Below, piece by piece: positions 49,801 to 64,000 of a stretch of DNA of 64,000 nt. Source of the stretch: Trichinella spiralis (lineage: Eukaryota); contig NW_003526941.1 in NCBI RefSeq assembly GCF_000181795.1, forward strand, positions 186,001 through 250,000, read 5' to 3'. Positions within the stretch are counted from its first letter, which is position 1. The number at the start of each line of letters is the position of its first letter. The notes under the pieces are model-generated. The model was not told the DNA's origin. It made no database searches and saw only the letters and a program-made list of their open reading frames with translations. Position numbers and translations under genes: made by a program.

Positions 49801-52800
49801 GCCATGTGAAAAATTGTACACTTGCAACAGTCATTTGGAGTCAATGGCAAAAATGCAATGGCCTCGCAATTTTTTGAAAAATTTCGTCTTTTCATTTTCT
49901 TTGCTGTATTCACATTTCACATTCTCAATGTACTGTAGTTATTTATGTGATGCTATTTAAGCTCAAAAAAATATCACACATATATATACATATATAGATA
50001 CATCATTTTATGAAAAACTGACAAACGTTTCCCACTAACATATAGCTTACAGATAAGTTAGCATTTATTAATTACAGTCAGAAAGAAGAGATTGAAGTAA
50101 CTATCAAATTGGAGAAATTCTAGAAATTTATGCTTTATCAAAATTACAAGTTTAAATTAGCGATCGATCATCATCTGCTGCAAATTAAAATGTCAGAGAA
50201 AATCTCCCAGTTGAGATAACCAAAGCAGCTGATTTTGAAATACTAGGTACGCACATATTAGGAGGCATATTGGTTTGATTTGGTTTAGTATGGTGTGTGG
50301 TGTGCGCTGGACATTTGCAACCAGCAGCTGTCAAACGCAATTTATCAAATGATAATTCTGCAAAAGGTTCATATCCACCGACCGAAGCAACAAAAAGGTG
50401 CTCTCTGCTTCAGACACGGGCAACTCATTTATATATTGCATAAGTCGAAAATTAGAAAGGTCGGCCTATAGAATAGCAATTACAGTAAAAATTTTGAAGA
50501 GCATTTTGACGTATTTAACGAGCAAACGTTGAATGCTACAGTAAACGACTAAGTTGGCCAAGTGGTTGAGTAGAGGGCAAATCCGACGACGGATTTTCAA
50601 AAGGGCTAATCAGGCTGAAGTAAAGAAGCCACAAACAATCAGCAAAACGGGATGATTTGTGCCAGTGCAGAGGCGATTGAATCGATCAAACTGACATGAT
50701 CAGCAGCAAATTAGCCCGATTGGTGGCCAAAGTTCCGGCACAGCAGCAACGCATTCGTGCAAAACCAAACGCGTCCGGCAATTCCACCAAATTACCATAG
50801 CAGAGATATAATCGTTTAGAAAAGGATGGACAGCGTCCACTTGCAACGGCCACTGGTCAACGAAGTGAACCGTTGATTGACGATGGCCGAGTCAACCTAG
50901 CGGGGGTCCTTTTATCCTCTGACGCCTGATAAAGATTGAAAATGATGCAAACGTTTTTAAATTGCTTTAACTGCAACCCTTTCAACTGGAAACGCCATTG
51001 GATTATTAGTCGACAATTATCAATCGAGCCATATCGCGCTTATGAAACAAGTCCAACAACAGCACCAATAGAACGTTGTACTGTTGATAAGAGTAACAAA
51101 ATGGTGAGAAGAGGAGCAAGATAAATTTTTTTTAAAAAAGATAAAACCTTTCCAAGCTTGTTCATTTTCAACTGAACGGCGAATTGATTTGCTGAAAAAT
51201 TACAACAAAACATTTCAAGGATAGCCAAAAGCAGCAGGCAGCCAAAGAATATATATATATGGGGAAGGGGGGAGGAGGAAAGAAGAAAAAAGCGATTCGA
51301 TTTGTTTCAAGGCCAACAAACACAACATTTTCCCAAGTCTCAACTTCAGACCCTTATTCATGATCAACATGACAGCAAAGACAGCAGCTGCAGAGACTGC
51401 CAGCAAATGTTTTGTTTCAATTCCCTCCTTCCAATTTATCAGATGTCATCCAAATTGGCACCTTCTGAGTAAAAATCAAAATAACAAACGCGATAAATGC
51501 TGAAGCTGCTAAAGCTAAAGCATTTAAAATATTATTCAAATATCGAGAAAAAAATTGAGCAAACATTGGCAAGATGAGAATATTTTAAGAACATTCTGAA
51601 TAGAAAAATGTTGGTTGACAAGAGCTGGAAAAGGTGAATCCAACACGGTCGAACGTGACTTTACCTACTTTTCAACATTTGAGTGTATTTAATTAGCCTG
51701 CTATTTATCTCTACCCGGTAGATGAAGAACTGAATAAATAAATACCCACACAAAAAAGCCTGACTGACTAAACTTGTCAAAACAAGTGACAGAGACTGAT
51801 CATTAATAATTAATATTTTTTATCAAAACAAGAAAAACTGACCCAACAGATTCCTCCGAGATAATTCGATGAAGATGGCGCCAATCAAGGCAGATAAAAC
51901 AATAATTGCAAAAATGAAAAAATCAACGACAACTTACAGGCAACCCGGACAACGGCTGGCATGCTTTTCACTTGTTCCGCTTTATCCTCAGGACCGGTGC
52001 CATAGGCTATACACTCGCAACTGTATTCTCCAGAAAATGATCGTATCCGATCAACTGAATGCCGATTCACAATAATACTGGTCTGCAAAAACGGCGTGTT
52101 TGAACTTGAATCAATTCCTTCTCTACGTTCATATTCAGTTTCTGGAATCTGAAATAAACACCAAGGTTTATAACTTTTTCAAACACATGACAATTCTTAA
52201 GCATTCTAAAATGTTTACTGAAACTTGCAACTTTGAGAATTCTAACAAGAATAAATAACAAATAAACAAATACATGATTAATGCATGAATTTTGTTTTCA
52301 CTTTCAACCATGTGATAAGATAACAGTCAGAGATACAGCATTTTTAACCACATAAAAAAACATTTTTTATCATAGAAAGAATTGAATTGTCAACGGAATT
52401 GATGATGAAATAAAATAACAATGAGAAAGAAAGTGAGTAGTTTAGGAGAAATAAAAGAGCAACATATGCTACTCGACCGACGACGACTATTCGTCACTTG
52501 CAAACGACTGGAAATGTGAATATCAGTTGGGCTTTTGTAAAAAAATCTGTACATAACTATAAATTATTGGATAAGTGATTGAAAGGATGGATTCTCGATA
52601 GCAAGCAAAATAGTAAAAAAATAAAAAAAAATAGTAATACAACGGGGTCAGAATTGTATTCATTATTCATTGGAACACAGTCCAGATGCAGTGGCAGAAG
52701 TTTACAGCAAAAACTAAATGGAACAATGAAACGCAGATGCGATTCAATTGAATTCGTACGAACTGATGAACTGTTGTCCATTTTTACGCGATATTAACAA

Positions 52801-53641
52801 AACATATCCACAACTTGCCTATCCTGTTAAACATATGGCTTTGAAACGGATGGAAATTTAACGTTTCGACAAACCCTCTGATGCACCTGCCTTGGTTAGC
52901 AACAGTAATTGACAAAAGTAAGAGAAGAGAGAAAAATATGCAAGCAGCGTTTGTGCAGCAGTAGTAATGGGTGCTAGTTAACGCGGTCGGAAAAGCTAGC
53001 AGATATAGAACAAGCCAGGTGGTAACCAACCGAACTGACCATGTGTAAGTTAAACAAACGTTTTTGGGAATTGTGTCCTGAATCAGTCGGCCCTGTCCGG
53101 TCGCTGACCGTCAGCTAATCGACGCAGAGAAAAAGAGAGACACACACTGATAGAGAGGGAGAGAGAGAGAGAACAAGATCACATTGTACAAACACTGAAT
53201 GGCGCCACCGTTAGCTCGTACCATATGCTTAGAATGTAAAAATCACCACCAGCGGATGGATAACGACCAAGAGTCGGAGTGGAGATTATCCATCCAAATG
53301 GCACTTGAAACTCTCAACCTCTGACTAACGAACAGCAAGGAATAATGTTGCGTAAATCAACTTGGTCATAAGAGTATAGCAGGAGAGTAAACAGAAGAAA
53401 AAAGCCAAGCAAAACGACTACTGCTGACCGTTAGCCATTTGCCTACTCACCCAAATGCCGTTGCACTTGAACTTGATCCGCTCAGCATACAGCGCCTTGC
53501 ATGTCAGCAGTGCATTTTGTTGATGCGGCTGGCGACCACGAACAATGTAAGAATCTTCAGGTGCTTGCAACAATATTGGCTTCAACGGAAGTTGAACATC
53601 CGCGACAGAAGTCGTCGCACTGTCCACATCATCCATTGTTC
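40856..53641 (-). CDS. unc-5: Netrin receptor UNC-5 (Ig-Ig-TSP1-TSP1-TM-ZU5-UPA-death domain); first exon not located
   Basis: Ig1 exons at about 53641-53450 (PEDSYIVRG...CKA...IKFKCNGIW) and 52148-51937; Ig2 exons (ELPCQPPEGDP; WMKDG...DSGNYTCGARN); a double-TSP1 exon at about 44289-43929; TM exon at about 43858-43525; ZU5/UPA at about 42490-41465; death domain (LDPPLESGNDWRMLAHLL...ILTLWESR). Stop at 40858-40856. Confidence 0.92.
44051..46464. repeat. Copy 1 of a near-identical duplicated segment within unc-5 (ends at the N-gap)
   Basis: Matches 47045-49466 at an offset of about 2994 with scattered substitutions. The last 200 nt or so show repeated single-base homopolymer losses relative to copy 2. 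Confidence 0.95.
46465..46474. other. Assembly gap (10 N)
   Basis: Run of ten N. Confidence 1.
47045..49466. repeat. Copy 2 of the duplicated unc-5 segment (Ig2 exons, most of the TSP exon, and intron)
   Basis: The ORFs at 44377-44595 and 47371-47589 are identical, and the sequence is collinear with 44051-46464. Confidence 0.95.
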
Positions 53642-56600
53642 CTAAAGCAAAAGTATTTTGACAGCCGTAAGAACAAAGAATGCCGCACAAGAAGAAGAAG
53701 AAGAACGCGAATAAAGGTCGAGTTAAAATAACAAAGGCGGGACTAAACGTCGCCAGTGATCAGATTGAATAAAGAGTTATGAACACGGAATGGAGCCACA
53801 ATCAACGCTAGAAGCAGTGGCTTGGCAGTGATGAGTATCAGCGGTTGTTGTCTGTTCATCAAAAGTATACGAGCCGATCATGACGGCCAAACGCAACTGA
53901 CGAAAATGTTTAGCTCAACCTGATGAGACTAGGCATACGACCGACCGATGACATAAAATAACACACGTCAGTAAACAAATCCCACTTTGAAATTTGCCAT
54001 GTCGCCATCGTTAAACGGAAATGACTTTTTCTTGGCGCCAATATCTTTTCCAATTCAATCAACCGGCTGAACAGCAAGCGAACTGAAATCTAACAATTTC
54101 CATCAAACATCCATCCAACAAACGAGCATTGCAAAGAAGCTGCATACTTGAAGCATAACGGAACAAAGAAAAAAAAGCCAAAACTGCACATTGCAAAGCA
54201 TGATTCGATCACATGTGCATAGTTAGAATGGAAAAGAATGTCGTCAAAAAAACAATAACAACAGCAACAACAGAACGTGCATATTATACAAAATACATTC
54301 CAACGAGCAGCGTATGAAAAAGCATGCCGAGCAAAACTGCCGTCCCTTGCGTGCAATTTGAAATTGTTCATTGGAAAAGGGAATCCAACGGACCGTTGAA
54401 CAGAAATATGATTCATCATTGGTCAACATTGATCAACGCGGAACCAATCAGCGGCTAAGAACACGGCGGCGGCTAGTCGTCGGTGGCGATGAAGTGAAGC
54501 GCCGCACTGGCATGGCACGCACGGTAGGCGGTCTACGGGAGTCAAAATGATAATTTGATCTCCATCTATTTATTCAAGCATAACTAATCCATATGCTGCT
54601 GTTTGCAAAGACCGCCTTCACAAGACGTGCTCATCTGCCTCTTAGCTGAAACCACATCACCTTCCCATCTCACGCACACACTGGACAATAAATAGTTCTC
54701 AATTTCACATCGTGATGCACTGAAATACAGGAGATGAAGCTGATACAACTCATCGACAACAACAATCCACTTGTCTCAACTGTCTTTCGATATTTTCAAA
54801 TATACTGAACAATGCATACAGTATAAAAAGGGGAAAGTTTTCTCAAAAAGAAAAAAAATTATTAGCTAACTCGTATCATTTAAATAAAATCACATAAAAC
54901 AATGAACTGAAATAAAATGAAAAGCATGGTCAGCATGAAATGACAAATGATTCAGAGAATAACAGAGTGGAAACATTACTAGTGAAGAAAGTGAATAACT
55001 TCCAAGTGAAATAAATAACAAAATATATAGATATTTGTAATTTAAAAAAGAATCTTTTTATTCTTAATGACGTAATTAACTTTACAAACGATCCGACATT
55101 GCACAATTCTTTTTTTAATGTTTGCTGAAAATTCGAACAAAAATCATTACGTCGAAAAAGCCAATATGAACAGGATAAAGGAAAAAAAGAGAGAAAGAGA
55201 TTAAGAGGAGAAATGATGCTTTTTGAAAGAACCGTATGTGAATGAACAATGAAACAGATGCTATATAACTTTTGCTTCGGATTGATTGATTGGAAAAATT
55301 TTTAGCTAAGCAACAGCAGTGGAAAAATAATAATAAAAAAGGTGCAGAAAAGTGATTCAAACAGACCAACGATCGCAAAGAAAGTGCAAGCTAACTGCAA
55401 CAAACAACACGTTCAAGCAATTAGCGGCTAGTTGATAAAGTTTTTGAAAATGTTCACGGATATCCGAAACAATTTTTTCCATTTTATTCACGAAATTATT
55501 CGTTTCAATAAAATTTATAAACAAAAAAAAGAATTACTCAAAATTTAAAGTATTTTCAAGTGAATAGAAAGATATACAGCGGTCGGCAAAGATGCATGCT
55601 ATTAAAGTGAGAATGAGTTGCATTTAATTGACTGTTCCTGTGAATGTATAAGATGCTGTTGCTGTTGTTGTTCATTCAACATTGATATATTTGAAATTGC
55701 AATTGCACAACAAACAATATTGCAATTATTTCAAATATGATAAATTAAATGAACAAATGATGAAATTATGAACCAAAACCAAAACCAATGAAAAAAACTG
55801 AAAAAGGTTCCGTGTGTATATTTTACTTATCGTGAAATTTTCTTTTCCCCTGAGTAGATAGGATGACGAGCAAATATGTTGGCTAATGTGAATATTAAAT
55901 GGCCGAATAGTCAGCTGCTGATCACGTAAATTAGTGAGAAGCTAACGTTGTTCAGTGCTCGATAAGAGAAAGAGGAGAAGGAAAGTGAGCAAGAGAGTAA
56001 GAAAGAAAGAGAGGGAGATGGAAGAAATTCACCAAGCCTCTGGGCTATTATTGATAAGCAGAATAATGTTTGCATTTCGAATGAATCAGTCCAAAATTAT
56101 GTCTGGCAGATTTGCCCACGCATCGATGGACAAAAAACAAAAAAAATAAAACAAAAGTATAATAATAATTTTATGGTAAATAGGTTTGGGAGAAAAACTT
56201 ACCCAATTCTTATTTTGCAGGCAAAAAATTAGGCGCCGTTTCGATGGTGTGTCAGAAGGTCAAAAAAATTGCATTCATCTAGTAGTAGTGTTGGTGACCA
56301 GTTGAGTGCAATGGTAAAGATGGGAAAAAATCAGAGCGACTGGTCATTTCAAGTCATGCGATGCGAAACCGCAATGCATAGCTAGCAATTAGCCAGCAAG
56401 CTTGGGCGACACAGATTGAAAGATTATTATCACGGAAGACACCTGAATTGTCGCAGTGACCAGAATGGACACACCAATAACGACAATAGTAGCCAAAACA
56501 AAAGAGCAATCAAATGGACGTCACTGTTGGGTCGGACTGGGGTCAGCAAAAGGCGACTACGCCAACTAATCAAGTGCAATGAAGCAAAATGAACTTCGAC

Positions 56601-59600
56601 CAACTGCTAATTACCATGCAATGCCACTGAACTGTAAAAAAGAAGCAGAAACATTACAAACATCTCAATTGCAAAACTTTTCACGCAATAACTCGTAGAA
56701 ACCTTTTTATGTAATAATAATAATAATAATAATAACAATATTCATTTATTATGCACATCATCTGCAAACAATTATTCATGTTCAAGCATATTCAAGATAC
56801 GATGAAAATTTAATGCAATTATTTTTTAAATTTTCACGTAAAAATTATTTCTATTCTACACAAATATATTTTCACTAAACTGACTTCGCTTGCATGCATA
56901 AAAATTAAAATAATACAAATATCTTATAATTTTCTCTATAATTTCAAATGAACACGTCAACTTGAAAAACATTTCATCTAAATTTGCATGCTATACAATA
57001 GGTAAAACTGCAATTTCATTAAGTTCTTCTTTTCAAATTCTAAAACCTTTTACAACTTTGCAAATGATTGCCGACAAAATTAAAATGCTTTAATGACAAA
57101 ACGAAAGATATTCTTATCGAGTTTAAAACAGGAAGTTTTATGGGATTGGCACGTGTAAACTAGTAGTCTCCAGTAGGGAATTTCACGCTTTCATGGTCAT
57201 TTGGCCTGCTGTGCTGTGTATAATTTTTCAATTCTTGAAACGGAAGCCGTTTTAATTTAAAAATCCTGTAAAGCCGGCAAATATACATGCATGCATACAG
57301 ATACACCGAAAATTGTCAATGCAATTGATATTTCAATTCAGAAAAAGCCTATTAATTAATTAACTGATTTTCAAGATATTTTCAAAAAAAAAGTTTTTAA
57401 AAGAATTATAAAATTAAAAATTTTATGATAAATCTATAGCGTAAAGTGGAAAAAATTATGCAAGAAAATACGCTACAAAACAGCATATATAGATAGAAAA
57501 TGCTGAAAAAAAGAACAAAAAACAAACAACCAAGTACAAGTAAAAGCAGTGATGTAAAAAATTACAATATTAGCAAACTTCCTTGATTTGTAAAAAATAA
57601 TGATGAAATTGCAACTTTCAGATAAAGATCTGCAAACTGAAACACTATAAGCTATAGAACAGTGGCAGATTGCTGAAAATATTGTTCGCACATAAATCGA
57701 CGCACACTGCCTAGACGTTGGAAACTGCGGAAGCCAAGTGATCATGGATGACCAATGGCGATTGGAAATAAAACAAACAAATACTGGGCCAAGCTAGGCC
57801 AAATGTGACCACTAAGATTGATGTCGTCCGGTATAGGTGCTACGGTGATCAATCGGGCCGCCCACTCTCATGCAGCCCACAACTGCGATACCCATAGCCA
57901 AGGTTGTGCTTGTGCTCACTCTTGTACATGGTAACATGTCGCATTTCCAATTCACTGACAGCACTGACATCTCATCACAACTGTTGACCGACCGCCGGTG
58001 GTCAGATTCAACTTCGTGACCGCGACAACGACAATCCTAGCTTTGTTCACTACTTTATGACCAATGGTCAAGGCTAAGATTAGGCTCGAAACGAAGCGAA
58101 CCGATTTCCTCCCACCCTCTCTCAAAAAAGCCGCCTTGTCGAATTTAACTATTTCAAAAGATATGGTCAAATTTGTAAAATCGCCTCCAGATTGAACGTT
58201 CAGAATATGCCCAGTTCAAAAATTGTGCCTACCATATTTATTGGACTTCTGCGGATTTAACAGTTACAGCTCAGCTAATTGAAACTTGATGGTACACGGC
58301 GTGATTTGTTGTTAATCAAAGCAGGAAGAGTTTAAATTGGAATCGGAAAAATTAGTGCAAAGGACATTGACATTGAAAAAGAAATCCAACATTGTCAGCT
58401 TAATTTACGCAAGCTCCACAAGAATGAGATGACCGCTTGGCTAAGCATTGCATCCATTGCGCAGCAGCAGCAGCAGCAGCCGTTTTATGAGAAGCAAATA
58501 AAATATTCACCCAAAAGACTCGATGAATTTCATCAGCATCCAACAGCTTTCAGATGCAAAATTTAACAAAAAAACACTCTGATATTAATCATAGTGAAAG
58601 AAAAAATGAACATGCAGCCAGCCTTACACTGAAATGTTGTTTCAACAACAAATTTTTTTTTCCCAAACCAACCAATTCATGATCATGCTCGATAATGTCA
58701 TGATCAAACAATTTTAAAAATGCTTCAAAAAACAAGCAAACTAAAGAAATATATTATCTTGTTATCGGTTACATTTTATAAAAATAAAATATTTCAATTT
58801 GAAAATGCATTTATGAAAAAAAAACTTTCAAAAGATATGGATTGCAGAACATTACAGTAATTGATGATGATTGTACCATATGAATGAATTAAATAATAAC
58901 ATTCAGTTTCGTGACATTAATTATTACTGTAATGAAATCTGAGAATCATTCTACAGTTTGCTGCTTTATTTGTATCTTCATTAAAATTCAGATACAAATA
59001 ATAAGTAGAAAAGTGATAATTGGATAATCAATGAAAAATGGAAAATCAATGAATTCCGAGTCAACTGAATATGTTTTAAGAAGAAAATGCCAAAAACTAA
59101 ATATTTATGCATTTCGCTTCGTCAAGTACAAGTGCAAGTAGTGAAGTAGCAATGCAAGGTTATAGTTGAAGCAGACAAACAAATTTTTCCCAATCTACCG
59201 ACTGAGTGCCAACTGGCTATTTGAAGTGGACCGCAAAATGTGTAAACGATTATAGAAAAGATACGCAACATCTTTTGCAGACAAACTACAGAAAATTGCC
59301 TAGTCAGGGTCGCATAGTTTGTGGAATTCACGGCAAATTTCCTTGGTCATCACCACTAGACCAGAACAAACGCTTTCAACACTTCCCTCGACAAGTAGCC
59401 ACTTTTGTGATCCACCAGAAAACCTTGACTAAAGTTGTCCTACTTGCCCTCTTAAGCTAAGCAATGTTGTTCAATGTAGCACTGCAAATGACATACTACC
59501 ATGATTAAATATGTTAAAAATGAACAGCACTCAAAAAGTGAAACAGCAACATCTAATAGTAATAAAGAAAACAAAAAACCACCACAGCAGTTTTCTGTTT

Positions 59601-62600
59601 AATAAATAGTTAGTCTAGCAAGCAGAATCAATACCATTGTTGCACATATGCTGTGCTTATTAAAGTTCAAGGCTAAAAAAGGAACTGTTACAAAAAGTAA
59701 AAAAAACCTTTAATAATGAAGATACTTAATTTGAAAAATAATCATTATAATATTATTGAATAACCTTAGAATAGATTGCAAATGCTTGCAAAGGATGGCT
59801 ATTTAACTGGCTAGAGCAGGCAGAGGAGTCGACTCTGAGATGATAATTCAGGCTAAAGATAAAAGCTTACCTTGCGTAAATAAATAAAGCTATATGTGGC
59901 ATATATTGAACTTTCGGCGTGGATGGAAAATAAATCACAAATTGATTTCTCTTGTAACGCACCAAACCTCATGTCAAAGTTCTAGTGACTGAAAACATTG
60001 ATCGACACACCAATAAAGGCGGTTGTTTTGTGTAATGAAAGATAATTGGATATAATATCTGATTCTGTTAGCCATTGCAGATATGGCAACTGGAAGAGTT
60101 TTGATTGGCACTGGTCAACAAGGTAGACAACTGTTCATCAGTAAAATTGACCATCGGCCGGAAATGGTATTGACCGACGAAACCTGGACAACAGAACGCC
60201 AGTCATCTTACAATCTTTCTGCAAATGCTGCCAAAAATTATATCAATATTCAATCTCAAAAACGATACACTAATGTTATAATTTTTTTAATTTCATAAAT
60301 ATTTATTTCTTTTACTTACCATTCAACACTAACTTACAACAGAAATTGCAAGCGTAAGTCTAAAATGAGTTATGCAAAAAGGAACAGCAAACAATTAAGA
60401 ATGAAAAAAACATACAGAAAAATAGCTTAATATAAAAGTAAATTAGCTGTTTTATTTTTCTTAAATTGAATAATAATAATATGAGAAAATATGCAAAAGA
60501 TAAAAATTTATCTCTACAAACAAAACATGCCTAATGTATTTCATCCGAGAAGCAACTTTTGTTTATAAATTTTTTTATTATTCACATTTTAAGTAATATC
60601 AGTTATTGGATGATTATTAGCTCTAGTTGAATATGTTGACTGATGAAATTGGAATGTGTGATTTGAAAAGCACGCAAAGATGCAAAACATTTAAATAAGG
60701 GAACAACCAGCGGCGATGATTTATTTCATGCATCGGCATTTGGGTTGGTGGATAAATTATGGAAGAGGAACGTTGTATATTCCACGAGAAACAATTTTTC
60801 ACAGCTGGATGGAGCTGGCTGGATGGTTTCAATTGCCCACCGGCTAGCGGCTGATGTGAAAGTAACAAGTAGAAACAAAAGAAATAAAAGTTTTCAATTA
60901 TGAACATTATTATTGGGATACTGTTATAAGAAGAAAAAATTATGCCGTACAAAAATGTATTTAAAACAAAATTCAATCTCAGTTTGAAAATATTAAAATG
61001 ATAAATATAACAAATGATGCTAGCTATTTCAGTGTTAGCTACACTGAACGGCATAATAGTAGAAGTGTATGAAGAAAGCATGCAAAATGAATGTTCACAT
61101 TTTTCCTATTTGAATTCAAGCAAAATTAATATAAAAGTAAAATAATTTGATCAAATAAAAAAATATTTACCTAATGTGAACTACAAGATGAATTTGAAAT
61201 ATGGAAAGTGCAATTAAGTTCAGCTTAAGCTTTTTCATGAAAAGGGAAAAGTTTGCATACGGTTGAGATTTCAAAGCAAAAATTAGCTGAACCATGCTGC
61301 ATGAAGCAAAACATCAACAGGAGAAATAATTCAGAAGCTAACTTTTCACGATTATTAGACAATATCAGTGAAAGAGATGGAAAAATAGAAGCATTGAACG
61401 TAAATGGAAAGCAAAAGGTCGCGCTAATCCAAAGATGATGTAGATGAACAAAATTAACAAACAAACATCAAGATGAAACAACATTCATGGTCGGTTTGCT
61501 ATGGAAAAGCTAGCCTTGAATAAAGGAAGGTCGACAGATTAGATTAGATGAGATGAGATAGTTCCTAATGATAATCGGTATATATTAATAATAAATGCTC
61601 ATTCAAGCTTTTTCTTCATATAATACAAAAACGAACAAACACAAAAACCATCTACACACAAATGGAAACAAAAGAAGATGAAAGCCAAAGCAAAGCATTA
61701 CCGCTAAAAAAACAAATTGACGCTTATTATATGGCAACTTATTAAAACACATCATTTACATATAAACACGAACGTTCATATCTGCACATTTCATTTTACC
61801 GCAGTCAGTTATATAAATAAAAAATTACAATAATAAAATTTAGTTACATCAATTTTTGAATAAAAATCGAAGGCACTGAATTTGAATAATGCACATAAAT
61901 CTGAATGAATTGGAAAACTGAACATTCAGACAATATTGAAATTAACAAATTGAACAGTTTATAAATAATGATTATAATTTAACAAAATAACAATAACTGA
62001 AACAAATAACAACAACAATGTTAGTTAATATTGGAAATAAGATCAACAAGAACAACAACACCAATTAAACATAACGTCGTCAGCTCGCATGCACGTGTTA
62101 CTTATTCAAAAGCAAATGAACAATGTTTAATTGAAGAAGCTGCTAATTAGTTAAATTATGAACAAATTACTTGATTTTTATTAATTGACCTAATTTGCCA
62201 TCAACAAATTTAACATACCTTTTTTAATATTGAACAATGCCTGAAAGTGAACAAACAATGGGTGCAAATTTATCAATTCAAAATTTAAGAACAATTTTTA
62301 AAAGAACATAACATTTCTCTTAAACAGGTATGGTTGGTTTGGTTGCTTACTTTCATGTCTACCATAAAATGTCTTCATAAAAACGACCAGTTTTATTATA
62401 TATACTTTTTTTCCCCTGTAAATCACATAAAATTTATGCTCCACTTCTTACATTCATTCGAATTAATGTTATTAAAAAAAATTCAATTCTAAAGTTCTCT
62501 TAAAACTCTATCATTTATTACATATGTTGTTTTTTCAAAACAAATGAAAAGAGATCGTAAAAAACAAATTTATTTCATTGAATTTTTATATACATGTAAA

Positions 62601-64000
62601 GTACTATTAATTTTTCACAGTATACTAATAAACCTTGGACAGAACTGTAAAGAAACAGAAATACTTTGACAAAATTCATCGAAAATTCGTCTATTAATGA
62701 GGTGATAAATGAATAAACGGTTAATCTGTTGTACAATTAGTTAGTTACTTGATATGCCTCAGAAGTGACTGGTTTTCAGAAGAAAATATTCAAATCAAAT
62801 TCATCTAGATGCAGCATGGAAAAAAGAAAAAGCCAACTGATGAAGTGAATTGTGGAGAGCTTTGAAGAAAAAGCAAAATAACTTTTTTGATCAAAAGAAC
62901 AAACTCCAAAAAGAACAACCATAACATGAAGGAGAAAATAACGGTTTAGCTAATGTTTTGATCTTGCTGACTTTATTCAGAGTTGAAAAGTCACAAACAA
63001 TTTGAAAAACTCAAAAACCGTACAAAGTTGACGGCTGGTACGGTAATTGAGAAAAAAAGTTACAAACTACCAAATCAAATCAACGCTTCAGCGGATGATT
63101 CCTCTCCTTTGTTCGTTCGTGTTATTTTTTTTAAATTAAATCCTTCACAAAATGGCAAAGTAACAATAAAAAATAACCAAAAAAATGTTGCAAAAGTTAT
63201 AGCATCAAAAAAATTTTCTCTGTTCACCAGTGAAAAGTTAGCTTAATTAAATTGTAATCAGACTTGAGCATTCGTTTCTACAAGAGAAATATTTAAAATA
63301 AGAAAAGAAAACCATAATTCAAACCAGTGAAAATTGCTGACAACATACACCAAATTTACATGCAAAACTTGCATTATTAACATTTATTAACAAATAGAAT
63401 TGAAAATTCACGAAAACATCTTTAAAATGTTTTATGGATTTAAATAATTTTTTGAATTTTCACAATTCATTAATAACAAACAAAAAAAAGAATAGCAAAT
63501 AGAAAAAAAAACTTTTAAGTAGAATCAAACGGCACTTGCAATAAAATAAGATAAATAATATATTTAAGAACGTAATTGAAAATTGAAAATTTTTTAAATC
63601 ACATTTAAAAATGAAAATCATTTCAAGCAATCGTTTAAAAAATAATCACTCATTACCAAAAATAGCAACAAAAAAATTAAAAAACAAAAGTTTGAAATAA
63701 AAAATAAATAATTAATTATGAAGTAAGAAAAAGCTGAGAAAACCATTGCCGAAAAGTTGAATAATATCTTTTGATTGTCAAAAGAAAAACATTAGGTTTT
63801 ACTCTTTAAATTGCATGAAAAGTTTTAAAATTTTTGTGCAACACGCAATGTTACAACCGGAAAATTTGAACTGACATACTGTAGCTGTTGACTCAATGGA
63901 TTACGATAATAAAACTTGATTTTTCTTATTTAACTGCGTGCAAATGAAAAAGTGATCAACAAGTGACAGTTTGATCGTGATTATTATTGAAGATATAAAG

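Noticed and set aside
53822..53900. GTGATGA...CTGA on the plus strand near unc-5
   Set aside because: No convincing terminal stem or guide, and it is antisense to the presumed host gene.
60623..61081. 152-aa minus-strand ORF
   Set aside because: Low-complexity F/I/Y-rich composition typical of AT-rich non-coding DNA; no domain or compatible donor linking it to unc-5.

Overview
AT-rich, intron-dense eukaryotic DNA, most likely a nematode. A Trichinella-like clade I species is my inference from the protein sequences and the roughly 60-90 nt introns. In order the window holds: the last exon of an SLC22/MFS transporter (+); a PAN/Apple x3 plus TSP1-like protein (-); a GH27 alpha-N-acetylgalactosaminidase (-); an HSD17B10/ard-1 SDR (-); a complete cytoplasmic dynein-1 heavy chain (-, 13243-34978); an LRIG/SMA-10-like LRR-Ig receptor (+); and an UNC-5 netrin receptor (-) whose first exon I could not place. 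About 10 kb without recognisable genes follows. The most striking feature is a pair of tandem homologous exons (19555-19750 and 19134-19332) in the dynein gene that each encode most of the microtubule-binding domain. Their splice phases force mutually exclusive use, predicting two dynein motors with different microtubule-binding surfaces. The flanking introns carry a cluster of RBFOX-type UGCAUG motifs and complementary AUC/GAU tracts that could control the choice. Other notable points: a degenerate AAA4 Walker A motif (GSGRAT), an intronic C/D snoRNA with a U35/snR73-type 28S guide, an HSD17B10 lacking its catalytic Lys, operon-like spacing between dhc-1 and HSD17B10, and a duplicated unc-5 segment around an N-gap that is probably an assembly artefact.
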